From an uncultured Gemmatimonadales bacterium (lineage in GTDB: Bacteria > Gemmatimonadota > Gemmatimonadetes > Gemmatimonadales > GWC2-71-9), in the NCBI GenBank assembly GCA_963833365.1, contig CAWHXS010000012.1, positions 56,402 to 120,401 on the forward strand: a stretch of DNA of 64,000 nt, read 5' to 3'. Position 1 is the first letter of the stretch. Each line of letters opens with the position of its first letter. Position numbers and translations under genes: made by a program. Of this stretch, positions 19,800 through 29,656 are shown piece by piece. Below the pieces are notes generated by a model. It was not told the origin of the DNA. It did not search any database and worked only from the letters and a program-made list of their open reading frames with translations.

Positions 19800-21010
19800 A
19801 CCACCTCCCCCGCGCTACTACGAACCATCGGCCGCTGGACTCTGACCGGGCTGATGATCAACGCGATCGTGGGCAGCAGCGTGTTCGGGCTTCCGTCGGT
19901 CATCGCCGGGCGGCTGGGATCCGTCCAGTCCTCTGGCCTGGGTGTTCGCCGCCCTCGGGTCCGGCGTCATCATGGTCTGTTTCGCCGAGGTGGCATCGCG
20001 CTTCACTGAGGCGGGCGGGCCCTACTTGTACGCCCGAGTCGCATTTGGCCGGCTGGTGGGAATCGAGATCCGGGCTGGCTGCTCTACCTGGCGCGGGTGA
20101 CCGCCGCGGCTACCAACGCCAATCTGATGGTGATTCTGCTCGACGGAGTTCTGGCCTGAAGCCACTGGACCGGTGGAATCACGGGTGGTGCTGGCGATCG
20201 TGATCGGGGGGCTCACCGCCATCAACTTCGCGGAGTGGGCTTCGGGGCCGCGGCCAGCAACGTCTTCGCGCTGGCCAAGCTGATACCCCTGGGGCTGTTT
20301 CTGGTGGCTGGGCTCGCCTTCATCCTGCGCGGCAACGGGCCCGCGCCGCAGCTACACCATGGCAACGCCGGAGACCTGGCTCGAAGCGGTGTTGTTGCTG
20401 ATGTTCGCCTACGGCGGGTTCGAGGCGGCCCTCATGCCCATGGCCGAGGCCAGGAATCCGCGCCGGGATGCTCCGTTCGCGTTGTTCGTGGCGCTGGGTG
20501 TCGTGACCCTGGTGTATACCATGACCCAGCTGATCGTCATCCACGCCTTGCGGATCCACCGCGACCGAACGGCCGCTCTCGGCGGCGGCCGGAGTGTTGC
20601 TGGTATAGCGGGTCCGCCTTTATGGGGGTGGTGGCACTGATCTCGGTGATCGGCTATCTGGCCGGCGTCACTCTGAATGTTTCGCGACTCACCTTTGCCA
20701 TGGCGCAGGAGCAGGATCTTGCCGGGTGTTCGGCAGGATTCATCCTCGTTTCCGCACTCCGCTACGTCTCGTTGTTCTGCTTCGCCCGGCGGTTTGGTTG
20801 CTCGCGGCGGGCGGAAGCTTTCTGCAGAACCTGACACTGTCGGCGGTTTCGCGCCTCGTTACCTATGCCCTGATCTGCGCCGCGCTGGTGCGCTTCCGGC
20901 GGCGTGACCTGGCCCCGCCCGCGCTCTTTGTGCTCCCGGGCGGGACGACCTTTGCGGCCATCGGCATCCTCTTCTCCGGAGCCCTCGCCACCCGGATGAG
21001 CGCGAGATGA
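19800..21010 (+). pseudogene. APC-family amino acid permease, multiple frameshifts, start not identifiable
   Basis: Fragments: RTIGRWTLTGLMINAIVGSSVFGLPSVIAG / FAEVASRFTEAGGPYLYARVAFG / WLEAVLLLMFAYGGFEAALMPMAEARNPRRDAPFALFVALGVVTLVYT / FGRIHPRFRTP / LSAVSRLVTYALICAALVRFRRR. Confidence 0.7.
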
Positions 21011-21076
21011 AGGGCTGATCCTTGTCGTTGCCTTGCTGCTAGGGTGGTCTCAACTGGATGTGGGCGAGAAGAAACG

Positions 21077-21165
21077 CGTGAGACGTGAGAAGGGTCGGCT
21101 CCTAACACCGTACTTCTCCGACTCCGCTGTTCCGCCCTTCCGCCCTCTCCGCCCTTTCCGCCACT
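21077..21165. repeat. (CGTGAGA)x2 and (TCCGCCCT)-type 8-9-mer array
   Basis: CGTGAGA CGTGAGA at 21077-21090, which is the reverse complement of the TCTCACG units at 13324-13337 and 10461-10467. TCCGCCCT TCCGCCCT CTCCGCCCT TTCCGCCA at 21131-21163. Confidence 0.65.
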
Positions 21166-21237
21166 CCTTCCCTGCAACCCTCCGCATCCATCCGCCGAAA
21201 GTACCAGTCTCGTTGACCACCAGCCAAGGGAGATAGT

Positions 21238-22106
21238 ATGTCGCGTAGTGGAACACCGCGGCTCTCAGCCTGCTCACCGTCCTCACCGCGCTACCCGTCA
21301 GCTATCCGCTCGCCCAGGACCACGACCACGACCAGACTATCGGGTGACGATGGGGGACGGCCGCGGATCGGGGTCATGATGGACGCCCGGCCGATACCGC
21401 CAACGGACAAGGTCGGAGCCCGGATCAGGAGGTGACGCCGAAGGTCCGGCGGACAAGGCCGGCCTCAAGGCCGGGGACATCGTCACCAGTTCAACGGCAC
21501 TGCCCTCGGTGGTGTCAAGAGCCGACGACGAGGATGAATCAGGGCCCGGTCAGAAGCTGATCGAGCTGGCGCGCAAGCTCGATGTGGGCGATACCGTGAC
21601 GGTCGCAGTACCGGCGGGGCGACCGAGACTCGTACGGCGCGGATCATCGCGGAAGACGTGAAGATGAGCATGCGTGATGTGGATGCCTCACATGCAGGAC
21701 CTGCCCCGCATGAGGATGCCCGACTTCGAGGAGCGACGATGGGGATTTCCGCGTCTTCATCAACGACCGGTTCTCGGACCTCGACCTGGTGGACCTCAAC
21801 CCGGACCTGGGCGAGTACTTCGGATCCAAGACCGGCGTCCTGGTCGTGAAGGCGCCGAGCGATTCGACGATTCCGTTGAAGGCGGGAGATGTGATTCTCA
21901 AGATCGACGGCCGGGAGCCCAAGAACGTCTCCCAGGCCGAACGTATCCTGAGGTCCTACGATTCAGGCGAAACGGCCAAGCTCGAAGTGATGCGGAAGCA
22001 GAAGCGGATCACCGTGAACTGGACCGTTCCGGAGCGGAAAGCCAGAGAATGGGACTGGCACGACCCCGAGGGCCGGCCAGCGCGGGTTCACATCGAACGC
22101 TCTTGA
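21238..22106 (+). pseudogene. Two-PDZ-domain periplasmic protein, several frameshifts
   Basis: The second PDZ domain is intact: LGEYFGSKTGVLVVKAPSDSTIPLKAGDVILKIDGREPKNVSQAERILRSY. The first PDZ domain is split: GRPRIGVMMD... / ...GPADKAGLKAGDIVT. Confidence 0.6.
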
Positions 22107-22109
22107 TTC

Positions 22110-23375
22110 CTACTTGGTCCCGGCCTTGGTCGTGACCTTGAAGACCATTGGGCTCTTCAGCACAACAGAGCCTGCCGGCAGGACTGCCGTGACGGTGAGC
22201 GCGTTGACTCCCGCCACGGCACCTGTCGTCCAGCCACCGACTGTAGCGAGTCCGCTGGCATTGGTGACCTGACTGCCACCTGTCACCGTCCCGCCACCCT
22301 GGGTCACGCTGAATACCACCGTCACCCCGGGCATCGGTACTCCCAGAGCATTCCGGAGCAGCACCTTGGGAAGCTTGGCCGCCGCCACCGGCTTCCCAGT
22401 GGCAACCCCGGTCTGAGTAAGGGGCGACATGTCGTCCATGGTTGCCTGAATATCTACCGCACCATAGGGGCTGAATTTCTTGGCTGTTCCACCGACCCCA
22501 GTACTTTTGACCGCAGCGAAGAGCGGCGTCGGGGTCATCAATTGCTTGAGGCCCTGCAGCAGCGGTGCCGCGAATCCGAGCGAGGACTGCTGGGCCAGGG
22601 TGCAATCAAGGAATGGCGCGTTCACCAGCGGGAGGATCTCGATGCTCCCTGGCGTGAACGGCGCGATGTTGTGCGCCAGCCTGAGTCGGCTGGGGTTCGG
22701 AATAACGATGTCGTTCGGCTGGCACACTCCAGCGACGACATCCGAGGTGAAGGTCACTTCGGGTGACGAGGTGTACTCGTAGAAGAAGGGGAACTGGGCC
22801 AGCGTCGTCAGGAGCGGCGGCGGCGAGTTCGGTAGCCGGGTGACGGTAATCAGAGTGGTTTGCGGCACCTGACCGGTATTAACCTGAACCCCCGCGAACT
22901 TGTTCTCGGTGAGCACGGTGGTATTGGGAGACTCGGGGGTAATAACCGCCGCCGCACCGTCCGGATCGAGTGCCGCCAGGGTCAAGCCGGGGGGCAGACC
23001 CACGAACTCCAGGATCCCATTGCCAAAGGTAAGCACGTTCTGCGGGAGATTCGGATCGGTCGGGTTCTGAAGACCCCCGGACTTGAACAGGGAGATTGTC
23101 AGGTTCACGATCTGCGCCGCGAGGGCCTGCGCTTCCTGAACGTTTGGAGGCGGCTGAGTGCGAAGCATGATGCCTACCATCTGCTCAAACTCGGCCGTGG
23201 GCGCGTCGGCCTCGAAGAACAACACACCCATCAGGATCCGCAGGCTGTCATCGCTTAGGACACTCGGTAGAACGCCGCCCTCGACCTTCATGGCGGACTG
23301 CTGGGTTACACGTTCCGAACAGCCGGCCAGGATCACTCCTGCCAGCAAAAGCGGAATAAACGACGGGCGGCGCAT
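22110..23375 (-). CDS. Lipoprotein with C-terminal bacterial Ig-like (Big_1-type) domain, paralog A
   Basis: Start placed at MRRPSFIPLLLAGVILAGCSE (lipobox LAGC). The C-terminus LPKVLLRNALGVPMPGVTVVFSVTQGGGTVTGGSQVTNASGLATVGGWTTG is an Ig-like repeat pattern. The N-terminal two-thirds is unrecognised. Confidence 0.55.
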   Translation of the reverse strand: MRRPSFIPLLLAGVILAGCSERVTQQSAMKVEGGVLPSVLSDDSLRILMGVLFFEADAPTAEFEQMVGIMLRTQPPPNVQEAQALAAQIVNLTISLFKSGGLQNPTDPNLPQNVLTFGNGILEFVGLPPGLTLAALDPDGAAAVITPESPNTTVLTENKFAGVQVNTGQVPQTTLITVTRLPNSPPPLLTTLAQFPFFYEYTSSPEVTFTSDVVAGVCQPNDIVIPNPSRLRLAHNIAPFTPGSIEILPLVNAPFLDCTLAQQSSLGFAAPLLQGLKQLMTPTPLFAAVKSTGVGGTAKKFSPYGAVDIQATMDDMSPLTQTGVATGKPVAAAKLPKVLLRNALGVPMPGVTVVFSVTQGGGTVTGGSQVTNASGLATVGGWTTGAVAGVNALTVTAVLPAGSVVLKSPMVFKVTTKAGTK

Positions 23376-23684
23376 GCTTCCTCGTACGGTGGCGGAACGG
23401 AACGGCAATATAGGAATGAGATAGTGCAATTTCGGACAGGGGTCCGCAAGGAGCAAGCCTAGGTGATTGCTGCCTCTCGTCCCTCATACCGTGGAGCCGA
23501 TGCGTCGGAGGGAGGGAAATCTGGCGCGGGTGGCCGACAGTCTGTCCCGATTGTTGCGGTCTCGAGGCACAAGTGGGGTGCGTGCCCTGCACTCAGGGTT
23601 CGAATTCAAACCCATGGAGTGCCGCTGGCGCGGTCCGGAAGGGTGGCCAGCCCGGGTTCATGTCGAACGGGGCTGAGGCAAAAA

Positions 23685-23725
23685 GGCAGACGGCCTCGCC
23701 AGGTGGCGAGGCCGTCTGCCTTTCT
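23685..23725. terminator. Bidirectional rho-independent terminator
   Basis: Perfect 16-bp stem GGCAGACGGCCTCGCC / GGCGAGGCCGTCTGCC with loop AGGT. It is preceded by AAAA and followed by TTTCT. Confidence 0.75.
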
Positions 23726-23771
23726 CCATCCAACTCAAGACCGCCGCAGCGGCCTTATCGATCAGCGACGG

Positions 23772-25497
23772 CTACGGCGTGGTGTAATCGAGCCTCGCAT
23801 CAAGGTAGGACTCGACGCCGCGGTCGACGCCGCGGATGAAGATCTGGTTGACCTGTCCGGGAATCAGGATCGGGGCCTGAACAGTGAAGCTCCCCAGAGG
23901 ATTGATATCGGCGCAGCCCTCGTGGGAAATCAATCCGCCGCTCACGTCGTTGCCGTTCACAAAGACGTGGACGTCGTTGTCAACGAGGGCGTCGATCGTC
24001 ATCGATACCGCACCCGCTGGGACAAAGACGTCGCGGCGCAACAGGATGGTCGTGTTGAGGTCCCATGGTGTGCCGATCGGCAGCAACGGCGACCCGCAAC
24101 CGACTTTGGTGCCGAAGGGAGCGGTAGCGGGCGTCCACCCATTGGCCACAGTCGGGTGCGATGGTAGTCCAGCTCGACGGTACAGGATCGGAGTTGCTAA
24201 TCTGCTTGTAGAACCAGCCGCCCGACCCGAAAGGCACTGGGAGCGTCGAGGCGATCGTTGCCACGAACAGCACGGGACTTCCCTGAACGAAACTGTTCAG
24301 GTGCGGCGGAGCGACCGTCGCGCTGACTGAATCGGGTCCAGCGCCCGAGCCCAGAGTCCAGCTACCGACGGTGGCTATGCCGCTGCCGTTGGTGACGGCC
24401 GTTCCGCCTGTGATACTGCCTTCGCTGCCTACTACGCTGAACGTGACGGGATAGTTGGTAAACAGTTTGCCCAGCGGAGTGGAGACCTTCACTGCCGGGA
24501 GGTCCGCTGCCGCGACACTCGAGCCTGCAGGTCCGGTCAACGACGTCGGAGACACCGCGACCGCATTGACCTGCGGATCCACCACACCGAAGGTGCTGAA
24601 GTTCTTGGTCTTGCCGCCTACCCCGGTGCTGCCCACCGCGGCAGACAGCGGAGTCGGGGAAATCAGTCGGGCGATGCCGTGACCCAGCTGCTGCAGGGTC
24701 CGGACGGCGGCATTGCTGGACAGATTGAGGGGGCGGGTTGAGAAGGACAGTTCAACCCCAGCGCACCCGGGTCCGCGAAATCGAAGATCTCGATCCCGGT
24801 CGGGTTAGGATCGGGAACATTGTGCGCCAGCCGGAGCCGCGAAGGGTCAGGCGCGGCACTGGTCTCCACGCAGATGCCGGTCAATACCGGCGTGGTAAAC
24901 GGGCCATTCGACGTGGTGAACTGATAGTTGACGGGGTACTTGTCCAGGTTGGTAAGCAGAGTGTCCTGCGTTGCAAAAACGGTGATTAACGTCGGTTGCG
25001 TCACGTCGGTCGGCTGGATCTGGACTCCTGCGATTGCCGCCGGCGTTGTCAGGGTGGTCGGCGTCGTCTGAGTCGGAGACACGACCGCTACTGCAACGTC
25101 GATGGCGTTTGGTGGAGTAAGTCCCACGAAACAGGTCAACGCGCTATTCAGTGCGGCAACCTTGGCCTGCGTCGCGGGTGACATTCCACCGATCAGCTTA
25201 CCGGCGTCGAGCTGCTTCTTCGTAAAGGCGATCAGATCGGTTGCCAGTTTCTGTGCGTCGACCGTCTTCCCGTTCTTCATCTTCAGAACGATGGCCTCGA
25301 AAGTCGCCTGGGCGAGGATCAGCCCGTTCCCGAGGGGGAAGAGCTTGAGAATTTGTATTCTGATCTGTGGTGCGGTGGGGCAGCTGGCGACTGCGTTGGG
25401 CAACGTGAACGGCGGCGCCGTTGGCCCTTCCGCCTGATCCGAACAACCAACGATGACAACGGCGGCGAACGGCAACGACGAGGGCGATGCGACGCAT
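23772..25497 (-). pseudogene. Paralog B of the Ig-domain lipoprotein with an extra C-terminal beta-sandwich-like domain, about 3 frameshifts
   Basis: The ATG at 25495-25497 (MRRIALVVAV) is out of frame with the lipobox piece FAAVVIVGCSDQ. It shares PSRLRLAHN, AGVQ.Q and QPTLITV with paralog A. The Ig-like segment is VKVSTPLGKLFTNYPVTFSVVGSEGSITGGTAVTNGSGIATVGSWTLG. The last piece (23772..24149), W..ATAPFG...TPW...ILLRRDVFVPAG...DNDVHVFVNGNDV, looks like a carbohydrate-binding-type sandwich. Confidence 0.55.
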
Positions 25498-25781
25498 AGG
25501 GTGGTCCTCTAAGGAGACGCTACGTGAGCTAAGCGTCTTTACCGCCGAGCAGTCGATCGGTTGTTTCGAGAAGGGCAGGCACGTGAGCTGCTGAGGCGAG
25601 CCAATGTGCCGCGCGGGAGCGGGGCTCGCAAGATGCACACCCTCCTGGTTGACTGCGGCCACAGTGCTCAACCCCAGACAGTCCAATGAGGACGGCGGGG
25701 TTCATGACACGCTGGCAAGCTGGAAGGGCGATGAGAATCCGGATATCGGGGTGCCGGAGTGTAGCGGAAAGGCCACAGCAG

Positions 25782-28340
25782 TCAAGGTGTCGCGCCGACT
25801 AACCGCTTGTAGCGAGGGTCGTTGGCGAGCTCCCGAAACCACCAGTTCGGGTTATCCCGAAAGTCGGCGACGCGGGCCGGATTGGCCAGAAGGTAGGCCT
25901 TGAGCTGGTTCAGCGCCTCCGTCGTATCACCCACAAGTGTCCACACGAACGCCGCAGTGTTTGCCACATCGCGCGAGGGGTCTATCTCGGGATCGTCCTT
26001 GGTGTTGCGCAGCACTGCACGGGCGCTGTCTTTGAGCCCCGCCCGGGCCAACACACCGGCCACCAGGACGCGCCCGTTCAACTTGGCGTAACGCTGTTCC
26101 TGCTGGTCCGGCGTCAACTGAACCAGCGAGTCCGCCAGCCTCCAGGCCAGCGCCGGGTCGGGCTGGGCGAACTTCGATTCCATGAGCAGGAGCTGGCATT
26201 CGACGAAGCTCGATGCCTTGGGGAATCGCCGCTGGCCCTCGCGGCACCACTTGTCGGCGTCGGGGAACTGGCCGAGATCGTAATATCCCAGCACCAGCCG
26301 ATTCAGGATAACGTCCGCGTTGCTGAGATACGCATCCTTCTCCAGCGCGGTTCGAGCGGCCAGCACTACGTCTACGCCAGTTTTGCTCAGGACATTGTTG
26401 TACAGGTGGGACAATGTGGCATAGGCGCCGGCGTTATTCGGGTCGAGTTGCGTGGCCCGCTCCAGATCCGCCTCCGCTCCCATCAGGAGCTGCTCGCGCT
26501 TGAGCGAATCCGGTTCCAGAGGGTACAGCCATTTCCAGTAGTTGAGATTCCCTCGCAGGACCAGCCCGTCGGCATCGTTCGGATCCAATTGAAGGGCCCG
26601 TTGGGCGTGCCCCAGTCCGACATCAATCATCTTGCCGGCCAGCCCCGCGTCGTCACTTGCTCGACGGGATCGCCAATAGGCCAGAGTGCCTCGCAGAACG
26701 ATCGGGTCGGTCCACGTGGGATCCAGCTTTTCGGACAGCGCGGCTATCGAGTCGGCGGCCAGATACTCGCGGGAAAAGCCGTCGGCATCTCCCGCCTTGA
26801 AGAGAGAGTCCCCCCGTCCCCGTGCCTGCGCCGCACGCTGATACTTGGACCATGCGTCGGTGTTCCGGGTGCCCGCCCGGGTCCGGCTCAGTTGCACTTC
26901 CTCTCCGATCCGCCGCCTGATCTGCACGGCAACTTGCTGCGCGAGGCTGTCCGACAGACCGATCAGATCCTTCGCGGGTTTCTTGAACGTCGCCTTATCC
27001 ATCTCGATTCCGGCATCGTCCAGAAGTCGCAGGGTCACCCGGATGCTGTCGTTTTCGGGTTCAACACTGCCTACGACGACGGTCCCGACCTGGAGAGCCC
27101 GGGCGATGCTGTCGCGTGATACGCTGCTCCCCCGGTATTGGGCCACCCCACCGCGCGAAACCACCGAGAGGCGCTGGACCCCGCTCAGCTCGCTGATCAG
27201 TCCTTCGGTCAGACCGTCGGCGACGTAGCCGAGGTCCTTCCTGGGACTCAAATCCTCAAAGTAGAGCACCGCGACATGGTGACGATCGAGGCCACCGGTG
27301 TCAGCGGGTCCCGGATTAGTGCCGCGGCCTTTAAGTCGCCACGCCGCAACACCACCTCCAATGAGGAGGAGAATGATGGTGGCGAAGGCTCCCCCGATGA
27401 TCCAGCGTCGAAGGACCACATTCGATTGAACGATCGCCGCCGTAGCACGCGGGGTATTAGCGCGACGCGTCGCGGTTGCCCGGGTGGTCCGCCGGGCCGC
27501 GGTGACGTGCAGGGGGACTCCCAGCATCTCGGCGAGTTGCGTCGCGGTTTGGGGCCGGTCGGCCGGGGTCTTGGCGAGCGACGCGAGAATAGCGTCTTCC
27601 ACCTCGTCGGGAACCGTGTCGCGCACGACTTGGAGACTCGGCACCACCTCCATGGCGTGCCGGGCCATGATCGCTCGGGCATTGGGGCCGGTGAACGGCG
27701 GCTGCCCGATCAGCATCTCGTACATCACGCAGCCCAGGCTGTAGAGGTCACTGGTGGGGCCAACGTTGTCTCCCACCGCCTGCTCCGGACTCATGTACAG
27801 GGGGGTACCAATCGCCGTGCCGGTCTGCGTGAGCTTGGTGGTCTCGGCGGACGCCACAGCGCGGGCGATGCCGAAGTCAGCCACCAGGGCGTGACCGCCG
27901 GAGAGCATGATGTTTTCCGGCTTGATGTCGCGGTGGACTATGCCCAGGCTGTGGGCGTAGGAAAGGGCGTCGCAGACCTCGAGGGTTATCTGAAGCGCGT
28001 CATCGATCGGGAGCTGGTTGTCGCGATTGAGTCGATCGCGCAGCGATTCCCCCGGCACGAACGGCATGACGTAGTAGAGAAAGCCGTTAGTGGAACCCGA
28101 GTCATACAGGCTGACGATGTGGGGATGCTGCAGCTGGGCCGCCATCCGGATTTCCCGGTCGAACCGTTCGGCTCCGAGATTGGCTGCCAGTTCCGGGTTC
28201 AGAACCTTGATGGCGATCTGGCGCCCGTGCTTGATATCCTCGGCCAGATACACGGTCGCCATGCCGCCTCGGCCGAGCTCGCGCTCGATGCGGTAGCGAT
28301 CAGCTAAGGCAGTTTGTAGCTGCTGGAGGGCTTCGTCCAC
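25782..28340 (-). CDS. Hanks-type Ser/Thr protein kinase with TM helix and C-terminal TPR region
   Basis: 852 aa. GRGGMATVYLAEDIKHGRQIAIKVL, HRDIKPENIML, DFGIA and a GTPLYMSPEQ-type segment. A TM helix (WIIGGAFATIILLLIGGGVAAW) and a TPR-like C-terminus follow. Confidence 0.85.
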   Translation of the reverse strand: MDEALQQLQTALADRYRIERELGRGGMATVYLAEDIKHGRQIAIKVLNPELAANLGAERFDREIRMAAQLQHPHIVSLYDSGSTNGFLYYVMPFVPGESLRDRLNRDNQLPIDDALQITLEVCDALSYAHSLGIVHRDIKPENIMLSGGHALVADFGIARAVASAETTKLTQTGTAIGTPLYMSPEQAVGDNVGPTSDLYSLGCVMYEMLIGQPPFTGPNARAIMARHAMEVVPSLQVVRDTVPDEVEDAILASLAKTPADRPQTATQLAEMLGVPLHVTAARRTTRATATRRANTPRATAAIVQSNVVLRRWIIGGAFATIILLLIGGGVAAWRLKGRGTNPGPADTGGLDRHHVAVLYFEDLSPRKDLGYVADGLTEGLISELSGVQRLSVVSRGGVAQYRGSSVSRDSIARALQVGTVVVGSVEPENDSIRVTLRLLDDAGIEMDKATFKKPAKDLIGLSDSLAQQVAVQIRRRIGEEVQLSRTRAGTRNTDAWSKYQRAAQARGRGDSLFKAGDADGFSREYLAADSIAALSEKLDPTWTDPIVLRGTLAYWRSRRASDDAGLAGKMIDVGLGHAQRALQLDPNDADGLVLRGNLNYWKWLYPLEPDSLKREQLLMGAEADLERATQLDPNNAGAYATLSHLYNNVLSKTGVDVVLAARTALEKDAYLSNADVILNRLVLGYYDLGQFPDADKWCREGQRRFPKASSFVECQLLLMESKFAQPDPALAWRLADSLVQLTPDQQEQRYAKLNGRVLVAGVLARAGLKDSARAVLRNTKDDPEIDPSRDVANTAAFVWTLVGDTTEALNQLKAYLLANPARVADFRDNPNWWFRELANDPRYKRLVGATP

Positions 28341-28450
28341 GGCGCCTGAGTGCGGGGAATGATGCTGAATATAACCAGTAAGTATATGAAGGATGCGGGT
28401 TTGGGGCTAGGTTGCGGCTGGCGGGAGGGCTTGGGCTGGAAGGTAAGAAA

Positions 28451-28528
28451 GACGGTTCGACGGTTAGACGGTTAGTGGTGACGAACCGCCGAACCGCCGA
28501 ACCGTCAAACCGCCAAACCGTCGAACGC
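28451..28528. repeat. Inverted pair of octamer arrays
   Basis: GACGGTTC GACGGTTA GACGGTTA at 28451-28474, then GAACCGCC GAACCGCC GAACCGTC AAACCGCC AAACCGTC GAACGC at 28483-28528. The arms are reverse complements. Confidence 0.85.
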
Positions 28529-29403
28529 TACTGCTCAACCACAATCAAATACCTGCTCGCCTCCCAGAACTTGTCCGGCGCTGCGATCGCGATCTCTCCC
28601 TTCAACTGCCCCTTCTTTGGACTACCCGGATTCAGGTAGGCCAGGTTCTGCCGAGTCACGATGCGGTATTTCCGGTCGGTCCGGGGCAGGGGAATCTGCC
28701 GGGTGCTGGTCCGGTCGATAGACGTGAACTCCTGCAACGGCAGCTCCCGCGCTGGTGCGACCCCGCGGGTGCCGAACAGAGGCACATCCTTATGACCGTC
28801 CTCCACCAGAACTCCCTTGGCCAGAAGTTCGGTGCGGGTACCGATGACGTAGAACGCGGTGTTGTGATCATCGGTCAGGCGAAGCACGCTGTCGGTCAGG
28901 ATCTCGTTCTCCCCCGTCAACTGCTCGATCTGACCGGTGAGCGCGGTCAGGTTTTCCCGCTGGGTGGCCACCGTGGCGTTCAGGTCATCAATCGTGGCCT
29001 TGGCGGCGCTGAATTCAGCGCCCAGACTATCCGCCTGGCGGGAGAGCCGCCCCGCCCGCTTCTCACTATTGGCCAAGCGGGTCTGCAGATCTTTCACCCG
29101 CTTGGTGACTTCTCTCACTCGTTCCATCACGAAGGTTCGCTGATCGGTAGTCACCTCCAGGGCGGGAGACTCCGGCGTCCCTCCGGCGGGCTTGGGTTGA
29201 ACCTTGGCCAGCTCATCCTGGATTTCACCGAGCAGCTTGCCGTTGGCAGCAACTTCGCCAAGCAGGCTGTCGCGCTGGGCCATGACCGCCATTTCCTGGA
29301 GCTTGTGATCCAGCCCGGACTGCCGTTGGCACGCCGTGACGAATCCCATGACGGCGGCACCCAGGAGAAGCGTCCGGCTCACCGATCCGTATTTCGCACA
29401 CAT
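28528..29403 (-). CDS. Coiled-coil lipoprotein, function unknown
   Basis: Start placed at MCAKYGSVSRTLLLGAAVMGFVTAC (lipobox). It has a long heptad-like region (RVKDLQTRLANSEKRAGRLSRQADSLGAEFSAAKATIDDLNATVATQRENLTALTGQIEQLTGENE). Confidence 0.5.
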   Translation of the reverse strand: MCAKYGSVSRTLLLGAAVMGFVTACQRQSGLDHKLQEMAVMAQRDSLLGEVAANGKLLGEIQDELAKVQPKPAGGTPESPALEVTTDQRTFVMERVREVTKRVKDLQTRLANSEKRAGRLSRQADSLGAEFSAAKATIDDLNATVATQRENLTALTGQIEQLTGENEILTDSVLRLTDDHNTAFYVIGTRTELLAKGVLVEDGHKDVPLFGTRGVAPARELPLQEFTSIDRTSTRQIPLPRTDRKYRIVTRQNLAYLNPGSPKKGQLKGEIAIAAPDKFWEASRYLIVVEQ

Positions 29404-29656
29404 GGTCCTACTCGCTTTCTTGCTGACTGTACTCCCGAGAGAATGTGGATTGGCGCTTCCCGGTGTCGGTCCGTTACCACTCGGGGTGGTTCCGGAACGG
29501 CGCCGCATGCTCGTTTCCGAGCGGAGGGCCGGTTGAAAAGGGATGGCAGAACATCCGGTAGCGATTCGGTGTGGGGCGACGCTACGATAGCAGCGTCCCA
29601 TTGCACCGATCTCGCCGGATGGATGACGAGTCGTTATCAGCCGGGTGAGGTGAAGA

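Noticed and set aside
23589-23622. tRNA-like GGTTCGAAT motif inside a hairpin (GCACTC...GAGTGC), possibly a tRNA fragment or att site
   Set aside because: The flanking sequence gives no T-stem complementarity around a 7-nt loop. It has no acceptor, D or anticodon arms and no CCA context, and no integrase is nearby. It lies within the duplicated PDZ-tail remnant.
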